From Alteromonas sp. (GTDB lineage: Bacteria > Margulisbacteria > Marinamargulisbacteria > UBA6595): a stretch of DNA of 35,565 bases. Where the stretch lies: assembly GCA_964220215.1 (NCBI GenBank), contig CAXPTH010000009.1:1-35565 (forward strand), given 5' to 3'. The notes under the pieces are model-generated. The model worked only from the letters and a program-made list of their open reading frames with translations. It did no database searches and was not told where the DNA came from. The translations under genes and the position numbers were made by a program. The first letter of the stretch is position 1, and the number at the start of each line of letters is the position of its first letter. Shown here in pieces: positions 17,008 through 28,032 of the stretch.

Positions 17008-18786
17008 ATGAGCGAGTCTGGTATTATTCAACCCCTGTCTGCTGTTGCAATTAATCAAATTGCAGCCGGTGAAGTCATTGATCGACCCCTGTCGATTATC
17101 AAAGAGCTGATCGACAACAGCATTGATGCCGGGGCCACCAAAATCACCATCGATCTCACCGCTGGCGGCGTTCAAAAAATTCGCGTTCATGACAATGGGT
17201 GTGGTATTTTTTATCCCGATTTATTTAAACTAGCGCACAATCATTACACATCCAAGCTCACGGACCTAACGGATTTATACAACAATCCCAAACTGGGCTT
17301 TCGCGGCGAAGCCTTGGCCAGCATTGCCCATGTGTCGTCGGTCACCGCCGCCTCCAAAGCAGCCAACGCATCCGTCGCCTACGCCGCCGTGTATGACACC
17401 CCCGAATCCCCAACCGTATCCCCCACCCACCATGAAACGGGTACAACAATTACCGCCTGCTATTTATTTGATCAGTTGCCCGTCCGTCGTCGGTTCCTAA
17501 AATCCGAATCGACCGAATATCAGCATTGCCACAACTTGGTCATGCACTATGCCTTGTTATTTCCAGCCATTGATTTCAAATTATCGCACAATGGCAAATG
17601 CACCCTCAATACAACCCATGCATCCACAGCCTTGGCTGTTGCAAGCCTGTTGTTTGATCAAACGCCCCATCTAAAACCCATTGATACCCATTACGGGTCT
17701 ATCCACATTCATGGATTTGCCTCAACACCCCAATTGCATGCGGGGTCTCGGAATCGGCAGTATTTAGCCGTGAACCAACGCCCCATCAAATCCATGATTA
17801 TGAACCGCGCCTTAACCGATGCGTACAAAGAGCATATTGTCCCCAATCGCCACCCCTACTGCTTATTAGCATTAACCGTGCCGGATGAACATGTTGATGT
17901 GAATATCCACCCCCAAAAGCGAGACGTTAAATTTTTGGATGAACAAGCCGTTTACCGGGCCGTTAAACACAGCGTGGCTGCCTTGTTTTCACAGGTGCAT
18001 TTTTCAACGCCAGAATCCCAACCCCCAGCCCATAACGCCGAGTCACCCAACACCCATAGCCACCACGCACCGCCGGCCGTCCAGCCAGCCAGCCCGTTGC
18101 CCATCAATCGGCATTCGCACGTCCATTTGGAACCCAACGCAATCCCCAAAACAAGCCCAAAATTAAGCCCAGAATCAAGCCCAAACGCACTGTCCGAATC
18201 GGTACCGGAGCAACTGGGCTTCACCCCGCCCAAGCCCAAACACCCGCATTATTTGCAAGTATTTGGAACCTACATTATTTTACAAGTTGACCAATCGGTC
18301 TGGATTTTGGATCAGCATGCCGTCCATGAACGCATTTTATATGAGCGCATTCGTGCCAGCCATGCCCCCGACTCGCAGCCATACTTATCGCCCAAAGTCA
18401 TGGCCTTAGAGCCCGACCAAATGAGTGCCTACACGGATCGACAAGCGACCTTGCGTCAGCTGGGGTTTGACACCGATCTATTTGGCCCCAATCAAATCGT
18501 CATTCGGGGGGTCCCCCAATTATTCATGGACGTCGCGATTGAATCCATTCTATCGGATTTGCTCAACCAAGACCTGGATACCGCCGATACCACCACCATA
18601 CACAGTTGGCAGCAACGGGCCTGCAAATCGGCCATTAAAGCCGGCAAACGATTGCTGCCTGCAGACGTCGACGCCCTAATTGAACAGTTTTTAGAAACAC
18701 CCAATAACTACACGTGCCCCCATGGGCGCCCGCTGTTCGTCGAATACAGCGTTGCTGACTTTGAGCAATGGTTTAAACGCCGATGA
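17008..18786 (+). CDS. mutL: DNA mismatch repair endonuclease MutL
   Basis: NQIAAGEVI, KELIDNSIDAGA, DNGCG, LGFRGEALASI, DVNIHPQK, endonuclease motif DQHAVHERILYE, ACK, CPHGRP. Confidence 0.97.
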   Translation: MSESGIIQPLSAVAINQIAAGEVIDRPLSIIKELIDNSIDAGATKITIDLTAGGVQKIRVHDNGCGIFYPDLFKLAHNHYTSKLTDLTDLYNNPKLGFRGEALASIAHVSSVTAASKAANASVAYAAVYDTPESPTVSPTHHETGTTITACYLFDQLPVRRRFLKSESTEYQHCHNLVMHYALLFPAIDFKLSHNGKCTLNTTHASTALAVASLLFDQTPHLKPIDTHYGSIHIHGFASTPQLHAGSRNRQYLAVNQRPIKSMIMNRALTDAYKEHIVPNRHPYCLLALTVPDEHVDVNIHPQKRDVKFLDEQAVYRAVKHSVAALFSQVHFSTPESQPPAHNAESPNTHSHHAPPAVQPASPLPINRHSHVHLEPNAIPKTSPKLSPESSPNALSESVPEQLGFTPPKPKHPHYLQVFGTYIILQVDQSVWILDQHAVHERILYERIRASHAPDSQPYLSPKVMALEPDQMSAYTDRQATLRQLGFDTDLFGPNQIVIRGVPQLFMDVAIESILSDLLNQDLDTADTTTIHSWQQRACKSAIKAGKRLLPADVDALIEQFLETPNNYTCPHGRPLFVEYSVADFEQWFKRR

Positions 18787-19670
18787 GCTGGGTCATTGGC
18801 ACACGGGGGTCTGCACTTGCCCGCTGGCAGGCTGACCACGTTCAAACGCTAATTCAGACGTATGTGCCAAACCAAGCCACGCACATTCGAACCATTCAAA
18901 CCACCGGGGATCAAGACCAAACCAGCCCCCTGCATGCCATTGGGGGGAAAGGCGTGTTTACCAAAACCATTGAGGAAGCCCTCTTGGATGGCCATATTGA
19001 CATGGCTGTTCATAGCTTAAAAGACATGACCAGCGCCATGCCCGAGGCCTTGCAGCTCACGGCTTTTTTGGCCGCCGAGTCCCCAGCCGATGCATGGATA
19101 TCGGCTGAGCATCCCGATTTTAATCAATTGCCCGAAACCGCCACAATTGCCACCGGTAGCTTGCGCCGAGCAGCGCTGGTTAAACGGCAGTATCCGATGG
19201 CAACCATTGTTCCCATTCGCGGCAATGTTGACACCCGGCTCACACGCTACAACCAAATCGCCATCGGCACATTTTTATCCGTAGCCGGCTTGGAGCGCCT
19301 GGGGCTGCGCAATGCGAACACGCATGCATTGCCGGTGCATACCTTTACCCCCGCTCCGGGGCAGGGAGTCATCGTGGTTCAAACCCGACGAACGGACACG
19401 GCCTTGAATACCGCTTTATCCGCCATTAATCACCCGCACCAAGAAACACTCGCACGTCTCGAGCTCGACTTTCTGCATCACGTGGGGCTGGATTGTCGGG
19501 CACCCCTGGGAGTTCATGCTTGGGTTGACAACAATCACTACAACCTAAGCGTGTTTTTAAGCACCAATAACTTATCGTGCTTCATGGACGAAACATATAA
19601 CGCCATTCAACCATCCGATATCAAAACACTGGCGGATCGGTGCCTAAACTGGTTAGACACCAACCAATAA
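18783..19670 (+). CDS. hemC: Hydroxymethylbilane synthase (porphobilinogen deaminase)
   Basis: IGTRGSALA..QA, GGKGVFTK, AVHSLKD, SLRR, RGNVDTRL, PAPGQG, cofactor Cys in DCRAP. Confidence 0.95.
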   Translation: MSWVIGTRGSALARWQADHVQTLIQTYVPNQATHIRTIQTTGDQDQTSPLHAIGGKGVFTKTIEEALLDGHIDMAVHSLKDMTSAMPEALQLTAFLAAESPADAWISAEHPDFNQLPETATIATGSLRRAALVKRQYPMATIVPIRGNVDTRLTRYNQIAIGTFLSVAGLERLGLRNANTHALPVHTFTPAPGQGVIVVQTRRTDTALNTALSAINHPHQETLARLELDFLHHVGLDCRAPLGVHAWVDNNHYNLSVFLSTNNLSCFMDETYNAIQPSDIKTLADRCLNWLDTNQ

Positions 19671-19676
19671 AAAGAC

Positions 19677-19838
19677 TTATTTCTTTTCTTTATATACCAC
19701 GTGCTTTCGAAGAAGTGGATCGTATTTTTTAAGTTCCAACCGCTCCGAGTTGTTTTCTTTATTTTTTTGTGTGTGATAACTATGCCCACTTTCGGTGCTG
19801 TTCATAATTACCGCGTTTCGTTTTCCTTTTTTTGCCAT
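19677..19838 (-). CDS. rpmG: 50S ribosomal protein L33 (Cys-free form)
   Basis: MAKKGKR...[30 protein letters not shown], 53 aa from ATG 19838. Confidence 0.95.
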   Translation of the reverse strand: MAKKGKRNAVIMNSTESGHSYHTQKNKENNSERLELKKYDPLLRKHVVYKEKK

Positions 19839-19864
19839 AGTTGTGTCATTATCCCAGATTGCCG

Positions 19865-20119
19865 CTAAAAACGCAAGCAGGCCAACCAAAACACCCCATT
19901 AATAATCATGGCAACCGTATTGGCCGCTACCACCGGCCATGCCCCAATAATACTGCCATAAATGACAAACAATACCGATCCTAGCGTTAGCAAAAATGGG
20001 GTCATGCTATTGATATCCCCCACTTGCTTGGATTTCAAGGTTTTGATCAGCTGTGGCGCCGTCGCTATGGCCACACACGCCCCCGCACAATACCCAATGA
20101 TTTCAACTATTAGACTCAT
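19865..20119 (-). CDS. SemiSWEET / PQ-loop family transporter
   Basis: 84 aa, three hydrophobic helices, IIGY.AG...APQLIKT.KSK..DI, YG.....PVVAAN. Confidence 0.85.
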   Translation of the reverse strand: MSLIVEIIGYCAGACVAIATAPQLIKTLKSKQVGDINSMTPFLLTLGSVLFVIYGSIIGAWPVVAANTVAMIINGVFWLACLRF

Positions 20120-20184
20120 CCAAAATATAGTATACTAAAAAAGCAATTTAGCACTATATTAAATCACCTGGAGGTTCCTGTATT

Positions 20185-21642
20185 ATGGTATCATTTCAAG
20201 CCAAAACAACCGTATCAAAAACACTGCCCGCTTGTGTTTATTTAATTGCTTCCGATACAGACCCTGTCATTCAAACCATTGAAGCCCATCACCCCGCCAT
20301 CGAATCCGTAACAGCAGATGCCCGATTTTCCACGGACTTTTTAGCGGTTAGCATTCAACGCATTGGCCTGCATTATTTGGTTCTCGTTGGGCTTGATAAT
20401 CGCACCGATTCCGCTTCAATCGGCCACGGGATTGCCGCCGGTTGCCAAGCCGTCCAAGGCTTAAAGCTGGAGGCTATGAGCCTGTATCTCAGCGAATCCC
20501 AATTGGCCAGCAGCCCCACAATTGGCCAATGGATTGGGCAAAGCGTTGTCATGGGAACCTACGCGTTTGATGGGTACAAATCCAATCCCAAAACCCCCAA
20601 TCCAATTAACACCCTGGATATCGTCACGGATACTGACAAATCTCACAAACAATTGCTGGCTGATATGACAATTGGACTGGCTATCGGCGCGGGTGTCAAT
20701 CAAGCCCGAGACTTAGCCAACACCCCCGCCAACGACCTGAACCCCACCACATTTGTTGAAAAAATAGAAGATACCTTTAACCGCAGCGACGCCATGCGCG
20801 TGCGTATCATTGATGAAACAGACGCCCAAGAGATGGGCATGAATTGCCTAGTTGGTGTGGGGCAAGGCTCCCGCCAACCCAGCGCATTGGCCATCATCAC
20901 CTACACAGGAAACAAACAATCCAGCGATCATGCGGCTATTGTTGGCAAAGGCATTACGTTTGATACCGGGGGGATTTCATTAAAACCATCCGCCAATATG
21001 AAAGCGATGAAAGGGGATATGAGTGGGGCAGCGGCCGTATTTGGGGCCATGCATATTATCGACACGCTTAAACCCAAAATCAATGTCACGGCCTACATTG
21101 CCTTGGCGGAAAACATGCCCTCGGGGCATGCCCAACGGCCAGGCGATGTGATTACCGCCTACAACGGCACATCGGTCGAAATTGTGAACACCGATGCCGA
21201 AGGCCGCCTAGTGTTAGCCGATGCCTTGGCGTATGCCGTTGAGCAAAAACCAACCCGCCTGTTGGATATCGCCACCCTAACCGGTGCGGCCATGGTGGCC
21301 TTGGGCCGAGAAGCCCTCGGCATTATGGGCAATGACCAAACGGTGATTGATCATACAAAAGCCTGCGAAGCTACCAGTGGGGAATCCGTGTGGCAATTGC
21401 CGCTATACGACAATTTTAAGACGTATTTAAAGTCCAATGTGGCTGATATTGCCCATTGCAGTGAAGAACGCTACGGGGGCACCTGCACAGCGGCTAAATT
21501 TTTGGAACAATTTGTGGGCGACACCCCCTGGGTGCACGTGGACATGGCACCAAAAATGGACAACCCCAAAACCAAAGGGGTGGATATTGAAGGCATGTCT
21601 GGCGCTGGGACTCGGCTAATTTACCGATTCTTAACGCAATAG
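20185..21642 (+). CDS. pepA: Leucyl aminopeptidase (M17)
   Basis: ARDLAN.P.N, VGKGITFDTGG, MKGDMSGAA, NTDAEGRLVLAD, DIATLTGA; SD GGAGG at 20170-74. Confidence 0.96.
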   Translation: MVSFQAKTTVSKTLPACVYLIASDTDPVIQTIEAHHPAIESVTADARFSTDFLAVSIQRIGLHYLVLVGLDNRTDSASIGHGIAAGCQAVQGLKLEAMSLYLSESQLASSPTIGQWIGQSVVMGTYAFDGYKSNPKTPNPINTLDIVTDTDKSHKQLLADMTIGLAIGAGVNQARDLANTPANDLNPTTFVEKIEDTFNRSDAMRVRIIDETDAQEMGMNCLVGVGQGSRQPSALAIITYTGNKQSSDHAAIVGKGITFDTGGISLKPSANMKAMKGDMSGAAAVFGAMHIIDTLKPKINVTAYIALAENMPSGHAQRPGDVITAYNGTSVEIVNTDAEGRLVLADALAYAVEQKPTRLLDIATLTGAAMVALGREALGIMGNDQTVIDHTKACEATSGESVWQLPLYDNFKTYLKSNVADIAHCSEERYGGTCTAAKFLEQFVGDTPWVHVDMAPKMDNPKTKGVDIEGMSGAGTRLIYRFLTQ

Positions 21643-21643
21643 G

Positions 21644-21707
21644 GTCAGCACAGTCTAGGCAATTTAAGCGAGGGGACATCCTCGTGTGTAATGGGTCGTG
21701 CTGACAT
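21644..21707. other. Intergenic structured element (nested hairpin) coinciding with a 20-aa minus-strand ORF
   Basis: GTCAGCAC (21644-51) pairs with GTGCTGAC (21698-705); inner CGAGG/CCTCG (21669-84). Minus-strand ORF 21707..21645 reads MSARPITHEDVPSLKLPRLC*. Confidence 0.45.
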
Positions 21708-21810
21708 TACGTACAAAGTAACAACTTGACACTCACCCATCAAAGCATCAAACACCCCCTATTTCACTACAGTTGCGTACAAGCCCTATATCCCAGTATA
21801 GTTAAGTATT

Positions 21811-23328
21811 ATGAGCAAAAAAACAGCACTAATTATTGGCGGTGGCCCCGCAGGCTTAACCGCTGCGTATGAATTATTGGAACAAACCAACGTCCACCCC
21901 ATTGTTGTCGAATCCGACACCCAAGTGGGGGGCATTTCAAAAACCATTCATTACAAGGGCAACAAAATTGATATTGGCGGACATCGATTTTTCTCAAAAT
22001 CCGATCGCGTCATGGCCTGGTGGCAACGCATGATCCCCCCCACCGGCGACCCCGAAAAAACCGACCGCGTCTTTCTAACCCGAGGGCGACTGTCTCGCAT
22101 TTATTTTCTTCGAAAGTTTTTTAGCTATCCCATCTCTCTAAGCCTAACCACCATGCGCTACTTGGGCCTGTGGCGATTAATCATGATCGGGATTAGTTAC
22201 ACAAAAGCCAGCCTGTTTCCCATTAAACCCGAAAAGTCGTTGGAAGACTTTTTCATTAATCGGTTTGGCAAGACGTTGTATCGTATTTTTTTCAAAGATT
22301 ATACCGAAAAAGTATGGGGAGAACCTTGTCATACGATTGATGCCTCCTGGGGAGCCCAACGCATTAAAGGCCTGTCCATTCGAAAAGCCATTACGCACGC
22401 CTTAAAACAAATCGTCAAAAAAGATCAATCGGTCGAACAAAAAAAGACCGAAACCAGTTTAATTGAACGGTTTTTATACCCCAAGCACGGCCCCGGACAG
22501 TTATGGGAAGTCACCGCTGAAAAAATTAGTGAACGCGGCGGCATTATCCACATGCAAACCACCGCCACCCAGTTGCACTGGTCGGACAATCGCGTCACCG
22601 CCGTCACCATTCACCACCAAACAACCAACCAAACTGAAACCATTCCCGTGGATTATGTCATCTCAACCATGCCGGTTAAATGCTTAATCCAAGCCATGCA
22701 ACCCACACCCCCCACCGCTGTTGTGGCTGTTGCCGACGGCCTAAAATATCGCGATTTTATCACCGTTGGGTTGCTATTGAAAAAACTAAACGTGCAAACA
22801 CACAACCGCATCGACACCCAACTTCCCGATACCTGGATTTACATCCAAGAACGCGATGTAAAAATTGGGCGGCTACAAATTTTTAACAACTGGAGCCCCT
22901 ATCTTGTGAAAGACCCCGATACCGTCTGGCTGGGCCTTGAATACTTTTGCTACGAAGGCGATGACTTGTGGCAACTGTCCGATACCGAATTGATTGAATT
23001 GGGAAAAGCCGAGCTGGCTAAAATTAACTTAATCAACCCCGATGATGTCTTGGATGCCGTCGCCATTAAAGTCCCCAAAACATACCCTGCATACTTTGGC
23101 ACATATAGCCAATTTGATACCATTCGCACCTTTACCGATAGCCTTGCCAATTTGTTTTTAATCGGTCGAAACGGCACCCACCGATACAACAACCAAGACC
23201 ATTCCATGCTCACCGCCATGACCGCTGTTGAAGCCATTAAAACCGGCTCAACGGACAAGGCCGCCATCTGGTCCGTGAATACCGAACAAGACTACCACGA
23301 AACCAAAGCCACCGCCGCACAAACATGA
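21811..23328 (+). CDS. NAD(P)/FAD-dependent oxidoreductase (protoporphyrinogen oxidase/UDP-galactopyranose mutase-like superfamily)
   Basis: [54 protein letters not shown]. Confidence 0.88.
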   Translation: MSKKTALIIGGGPAGLTAAYELLEQTNVHPIVVESDTQVGGISKTIHYKGNKIDIGGHRFFSKSDRVMAWWQRMIPPTGDPEKTDRVFLTRGRLSRIYFLRKFFSYPISLSLTTMRYLGLWRLIMIGISYTKASLFPIKPEKSLEDFFINRFGKTLYRIFFKDYTEKVWGEPCHTIDASWGAQRIKGLSIRKAITHALKQIVKKDQSVEQKKTETSLIERFLYPKHGPGQLWEVTAEKISERGGIIHMQTTATQLHWSDNRVTAVTIHHQTTNQTETIPVDYVISTMPVKCLIQAMQPTPPTAVVAVADGLKYRDFITVGLLLKKLNVQTHNRIDTQLPDTWIYIQERDVKIGRLQIFNNWSPYLVKDPDTVWLGLEYFCYEGDDLWQLSDTELIELGKAELAKINLINPDDVLDAVAIKVPKTYPAYFGTYSQFDTIRTFTDSLANLFLIGRNGTHRYNNQDHSMLTAMTAVEAIKTGSTDKAAIWSVNTEQDYHETKATAAQT

Positions 23329-24953
23329 TCGCACGCATCCGGTCACTGCCGTGGCCCGTGCTCATTGGTATCGGCCTGCTAATGCTGCATGGTTTTGTGA
23401 ACAGCACCTTAAGCTTTTTTTATCAGGACGAAGCCGCCTACGCTGGCTTTGGATTGACCATGATCCAAACCGACAATTGGCTCATTCCTGAATTTGAATG
23501 GTCCAACATTCATCGCAAACCCCCCCTGTACTTTTGGCTTATCGCCAGCAGTTATTCGCTGTTTGGCGTATCGGAATTTACCATGCGACTCCCCGCCTTG
23601 CTGAGTCTGATTGGCCTATACGCAACCCTATGGTTTTGGGGCAAACGCATTTTAGGCCCACGCATTGCAGGATGGTCTGTTTTAGTGCTAAGCACTTCCC
23701 TATTTGTACCCCTCTTGGGGATCATGGCCTTGGTTGACGCACCGTTGCTGCTGATGAGCACGCTAGCCGCCTGTTGTGTCTACACCGTCTTGCAATCGCC
23801 ACACACCCACTGGCGCGCTATTTTCGGATTTTGGGCGTGCATCAGCGCGGGTGTCTTGCTAAAAGGCCCACCCATTATCATCTTTGGGGGCATGCTGGGG
23901 CTGTTGGCGTTAATCCTACACCCCCAACGGTGGCGGCTACTCTCCCTGCATCCATGGGTATTGGGCCCCTTAAGCCTACTTCCGTTTGCCCTGTGGGCCT
24001 ATGCTACCGCACGCGTGGACAATGGCGCTCTATTAACGTGGATGTTGGACTGGTATGTGTTGCGCCGCATCAATGGCTCCACGCTGGGCCACTGGGGCCC
24101 CCCGGGATATTACACCCTGTCCTTTCTCTTGTTTTTTATGCCGTATGCCCTGTTTATCCCGCAAGCCGTACTGCAGGGATGGCAGTGGATCAAACAGCGC
24201 CATGCGGTCGGGTTGTGGATCGTCGCTTGGTTTTTAGCGGGATGGGTATTTTATGAGCTATCGCCCAGCAAGCTGCCCGCCTATGTTGTCACCGCCCATG
24301 TGCCATTGGCAATTGCCATTGCCTACAGCATCACCACCTATCTGGATTATCGGCCCATTGCGCTGCGGAGTGGCCAAATTGTACACGGCTGTATTACCGG
24401 TCTTTGGCTCCTTATTTTATGGCTAGTGCCCACGTATTTTGGGTTTACACACACCAGCCTTATCATCGCTGGTATGACCCTGGGGGCTGGGTATTTGGGC
24501 TATCGCATCTGGTACGCCATTCGTGCGAATCAACCGAACGACGTTGTCAAAAGCACGGTCATTCAAGGCCTCGGCTTTATGCTGGTGTTTTGGGGACTGC
24601 TCGTTCCGATGTGCGACTCGGTTAAATCAGCCCCGCGGTCAATGGCCCGCTATTTACACCAAACCGTGCCCGCATCCACCCCCATTATCGTGGCGCATAC
24701 CCAATACGACCCGATTCACTTGCTGGTGTATTTATCCGAGCACTTTGAAACCGTCACTGTGTTTGAATCCCCGGAAACCTTGGTGGATTATTATCGAGAC
24801 AATCCCGACTGTGTCTTTGTGCTTTCCGATGCCCAATTTGACACCCTGCAAGCCAGTGTCCCCGCTCTCACTGGGCGTCGCTTTGGCCCACCCGACCAGC
24901 CCAACATGCCTGTGTTGCGCTACACCGTTGTGATCCCTACTGCTGCGCAATGA
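23325..24953 (+). CDS. ArnT/PMT-like GT-C glycosyltransferase (lipid-linked sugar donor)
   Basis: QDEAAY, KPPLYFW, GVSEF..RLP, LLKGP, SKLPAY; many transmembrane helices; ATGA overlap with the upstream gene. Confidence 0.9.
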   Translation: MIARIRSLPWPVLIGIGLLMLHGFVNSTLSFFYQDEAAYAGFGLTMIQTDNWLIPEFEWSNIHRKPPLYFWLIASSYSLFGVSEFTMRLPALLSLIGLYATLWFWGKRILGPRIAGWSVLVLSTSLFVPLLGIMALVDAPLLLMSTLAACCVYTVLQSPHTHWRAIFGFWACISAGVLLKGPPIIIFGGMLGLLALILHPQRWRLLSLHPWVLGPLSLLPFALWAYATARVDNGALLTWMLDWYVLRRINGSTLGHWGPPGYYTLSFLLFFMPYALFIPQAVLQGWQWIKQRHAVGLWIVAWFLAGWVFYELSPSKLPAYVVTAHVPLAIAIAYSITTYLDYRPIALRSGQIVHGCITGLWLLILWLVPTYFGFTHTSLIIAGMTLGAGYLGYRIWYAIRANQPNDVVKSTVIQGLGFMLVFWGLLVPMCDSVKSAPRSMARYLHQTVPASTPIIVAHTQYDPIHLLVYLSEHFETVTVFESPETLVDYYRDNPDCVFVLSDAQFDTLQASVPALTGRRFGPPDQPNMPVLRYTVVIPTAAQ

Positions 24954-26125
24954 TGAGACACCACCGAGCTGAACATCCCCCATTATCGATATCCGATCTC
25001 AACTACCTGCTCAAACAAGTTCTGGATGCCGAGCCTCTGCTGTCCCAATTGGCCGTTACCGGAACCGTTACCCAGTATCGGCATTATGCCAAAACGGGTA
25101 CCCACTACATCACATTATCCGACGACACCAGCACCATACAAGCCATTGCCTTTCGATTAGACACCACCGAGCCCATCCAACCCGGGCAGCTAATCACCGC
25201 CATTGGCCGACCCACATTTTACCCCAAACGGGGGACCCTGCAATTTCAAATCCATGCCATCAAGCCCCTAAAGGTCAGCCCCCTAACCCAAGCCTTTGAA
25301 GCCTTAAAAGCCCAATTAAACGCAGAAGGACTCTTTGCCCCTGAACGCAAAAAGCCCATCCCCACCTATCCCAAGTGCATTACCCTAATTACCGCCAGTC
25401 CCTCGGCTGCCTTGTCCGACTTTTTAAATTTAAAACGCCAACTGGCCCCCCATCTACAGATTCAGTTAATTCCTGTGTCTGTGCAAGGCGCTGCTGCACC
25501 CGCCGATATCGCCGCTGCCTGCCACATTGCCAACGCCCACGAGACGGACTTGGTCGTTGTCTTGCGGGGTGGCGGATCGGCCGAAGACTTGGCTGCGTTT
25601 AACGACGAGCGGGTGGTTCGTGCAATCGCCCAATGCACCGCACCCACCATGAGTGCGATTGGGCACGATATTGATGTCTCCTTAGCCGATTTTGTAGCCG
25701 ACCACCGCTCCGCCACCCCCTCCAGCGCCATCCACACCATTGCCGCACCCTTTCAAACTGCACGCACCACCCTGTGCACCCAGCTGCGAACCGCCCATCA
25801 ACACACCACTGCGCAGCTCACGCATGCCCGCCAACGGGTGATCACCGCCTTGGATACCAGCACACAAACCCTAACCGCCCAGACCCAGGCCATCAACCAA
25901 CGAGTCAGCCATCTGCTCGCCTTGGCCGATAGCCACAATCCACTCAAAAAACTCACTCAAGGCTACAGCATAACACACCACAATCAACAGGCGCTGGTCT
26001 CAATTGCAACCGTGCAACCCGGCGACTCAATCACCACTCGGGTATCCGACGGAGACATTATCAGTCAGATTCAGCAGATCCAACCCAAGCCCCCCGCTAT
26101 TGCAAAACCAAGCATAAAACTATAG
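24950..26125 (+). CDS. xseA: Exodeoxyribonuclease VII large subunit
   Basis: LSISDLN, H.YITL.D, EGLF...RKKPIP, VQG, RGGGS.EDL..FNDE, SAIGH..D..LADFVAD....TPS. Confidence 0.95.
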   Translation: MMRHHRAEHPPLSISDLNYLLKQVLDAEPLLSQLAVTGTVTQYRHYAKTGTHYITLSDDTSTIQAIAFRLDTTEPIQPGQLITAIGRPTFYPKRGTLQFQIHAIKPLKVSPLTQAFEALKAQLNAEGLFAPERKKPIPTYPKCITLITASPSAALSDFLNLKRQLAPHLQIQLIPVSVQGAAAPADIAAACHIANAHETDLVVVLRGGGSAEDLAAFNDERVVRAIAQCTAPTMSAIGHDIDVSLADFVADHRSATPSSAIHTIAAPFQTARTTLCTQLRTAHQHTTAQLTHARQRVITALDTSTQTLTAQTQAINQRVSHLLALADSHNPLKKLTQGYSITHHNQQALVSIATVQPGDSITTRVSDGDIISQIQQIQPKPPAIAKPSIKL

Positions 26126-26135
26126 CATTAGAAGT

Positions 26136-26330
26136 ATGAACGAGCAGTTGGACAAACTCGATAACTGGGTCAAGCAATTGGAACAAGCCACGCCGACTGA
26201 AGCCTTGGAATTGTATGGCCAAATTGTCGCAGAATCCAAGGCGTTATTCGCACAATTGAATACCCTCAATGATACGGTCAAACACCTCACCCATGAAGCC
26301 GAGCAAATTATCCATGACAACACTCACTGA
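26136..26330 (+). CDS. xseB: Exodeoxyribonuclease VII small subunit
   Basis: 64-aa coiled coil L..WVKQLE....EALELY, located between xseA and ispA (conserved order). Confidence 0.75.
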   Translation: MNEQLDKLDNWVKQLEQATPTEALELYGQIVAESKALFAQLNTLNDTVKHLTHEAEQIIHDNTH

Positions 26331-27201
26331 GTTTATTTCGACTACCAAGCCACAGATTATGGCGCAGCTCGATGCGTTCACAGACTTTAATCTAGACGAT
26401 CATCGGAACCATTTGACCAACGCCATCCGGCACACCTTATTAGCCCCCTCCAAGTGCTTCCGGGGCTTGCTCGTGTGTGCAACCCAAACCCTATTTTCAG
26501 ACGATACCAACGCCATTATCCCCGTTGCCTGTGCCATTGAAATGCTGCATACCGGATCCTTAATTTACGATGATCTTCCGTGCATGGATAACGATACCCT
26601 GCGGCGTGGCAAAGCCTGTTGCCATTGCGTATTTGGGGAAGACATTGCCATATTGGCCGCCTATACCCTGCAATGCTACGCGTATGAAATTTTAAATCAA
26701 CCCATGGCCGTTGAACCCAAAAACCAACTGGCAATGATGCATTTTATTAGCCAAGCCTGCGGGATTCACGGGATTGCGGGTGGCCAAGCCTTGGATTTAA
26801 TTCAAGCGCGATCCCCAGAAAAAATTAGCCCCGTGGAAACCATTCACAATTTAAAAACCGGCGCAACCATTGTGGCTTGCGTATGCATACCGGCTATTTT
26901 GCATGGCGCCGATGCCCAAACACGGACCGCACTCAAGCATGTTGGGAATCACTTGGGGCTATTGTTTCAAATTGTGGACGATATTTTAGATGTCACCGCA
27001 GAGTCTGAAACTCTGGGAAAGACCGCCAATAAGGACACCGAGCAAAACAAATTTACGTATATCTCTGAGTTGGGGCTCGACGGAGCAAAAACAGAAGCCT
27101 TGCGCCAGGCTCAGTCCGCCAAAGACTACTTAGACACCCTCAATCAACCCCATAACTTGTTGTACGGCTTTATTGATTGGGCGCAAACACGGATTCATTA
27201 A
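26314..27201 (+). CDS. ispA: Farnesyl/geranylgeranyl diphosphate synthase (polyprenyl synthetase)
   Basis: FARM SLIYDDLPCMDND.LRRGK, GGQALD, KTGA, SARM FQIVDDILD. Start placed at ATG 26314. Confidence 0.92.
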   Translation: MTTLTEFISTTKPQIMAQLDAFTDFNLDDHRNHLTNAIRHTLLAPSKCFRGLLVCATQTLFSDDTNAIIPVACAIEMLHTGSLIYDDLPCMDNDTLRRGKACCHCVFGEDIAILAAYTLQCYAYEILNQPMAVEPKNQLAMMHFISQACGIHGIAGGQALDLIQARSPEKISPVETIHNLKTGATIVACVCIPAILHGADAQTRTALKHVGNHLGLLFQIVDDILDVTAESETLGKTANKDTEQNKFTYISELGLDGAKTEALRQAQSAKDYLDTLNQPHNLLYGFIDWAQTRIH

Positions 27202-28032
27202 ATGTGGGCCGATATTTTACACGAAGACTGCCCCAATGAGGATGTATCTGCCGCCTGTTTAGGCCTAACCGACGCCCCCATTACCGCCCAGATTATTAGC
27301 AAAGATTCGGGTATCTTTTTTGGTAGCGATCTTATTCAACACCTGATTGCTGCTGGCCAACAGCCCGTGAGCACCACCCTGCATTGCCAGGATGGCGACG
27401 CCCTAAGTCCTGGGCAATTAATTCTAACCCTATCGGGCTCCGCTCGCATGATCCTGAAACTGGAGCGCCCGTTGCTCAACTGTTTGCAACACTTATCCGG
27501 GGTTGCATCCATTACCCATCAATTTGTTTGCGCCTTGGGCAACCCCGCTATCGCCATTGTGGATACTCGAAAAACAACCCCCTTGTGGCGAGAATGGGAA
27601 AAAAAAGCTGTGGTGGCTGGCGGCGGACAGAATCATCGGATGAACTTGTCAGACATGATTTTGATTAAAGAAAATCACATTCAGAGTTTTGCACACTTAA
27701 ATAACAACCAAACCCTCGCCGAGTGCATGGCCCAAGCCAAAGCCAACTACCCCAATCACCGCATCGAAATTGAAGTGGACAGCCCGGATCGTCTCACCAA
27801 CTGGGATTTAAGTGACGCTGATATTATTATGTTTGATAATTTTAAGTTTCATGAACTCCAAACCGCCAGTGTCTACTGCCGCGAGCGCTATCCCAAAGCC
27901 TTGCTAGAAGTATCCGGAACGGTCACACTGGATACTGTGCACCAGTATTCTGAACTCCCCATTGACCGCATTGCAATTGGGCGCCTGACCCACTCCGTTC
28001 GAGCCCTTGATATGAGTTTGCTCGTCCAATGA
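27202..28032 (+). CDS. nadC: Nicotinate-nucleotide diphosphorylase (quinolinate phosphoribosyltransferase)
   Basis: ER..LN..Q.LSGVA, DTRKTTP, GGG.NHR.NLSD..LIKENH, EIEV, IMFDN, G.LTHS. Confidence 0.95.
   Translation: MWADILHEDCPNEDVSAACLGLTDAPITAQIISKDSGIFFGSDLIQHLIAAGQQPVSTTLHCQDGDALSPGQLILTLSGSARMILKLERPLLNCLQHLSGVASITHQFVCALGNPAIAIVDTRKTTPLWREWEKKAVVAGGGQNHRMNLSDMILIKENHIQSFAHLNNNQTLAECMAQAKANYPNHRIEIEVDSPDRLTNWDLSDADIIMFDNFKFHELQTASVYCRERYPKALLEVSGTVTLDTVHQYSELPIDRIAIGRLTHSVRALDMSLLVQ

Noticed and set aside
18153..18186. 12-nt repeat AAGCCC(A)...x3 in mutL
   Set aside because: Short imperfect in-frame repeat in the variable MutL linker, not in a catalytic motif; no evidence of a mutator phase switch.
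21644..21710. tRNA, SRP RNA or ZTP riboswitch
   Set aside because: No T-loop or cloverleaf, no SRP helix-8 GNRA motif, and only a short GGGTCGTG match to ZTP without the rest of the aptamer.
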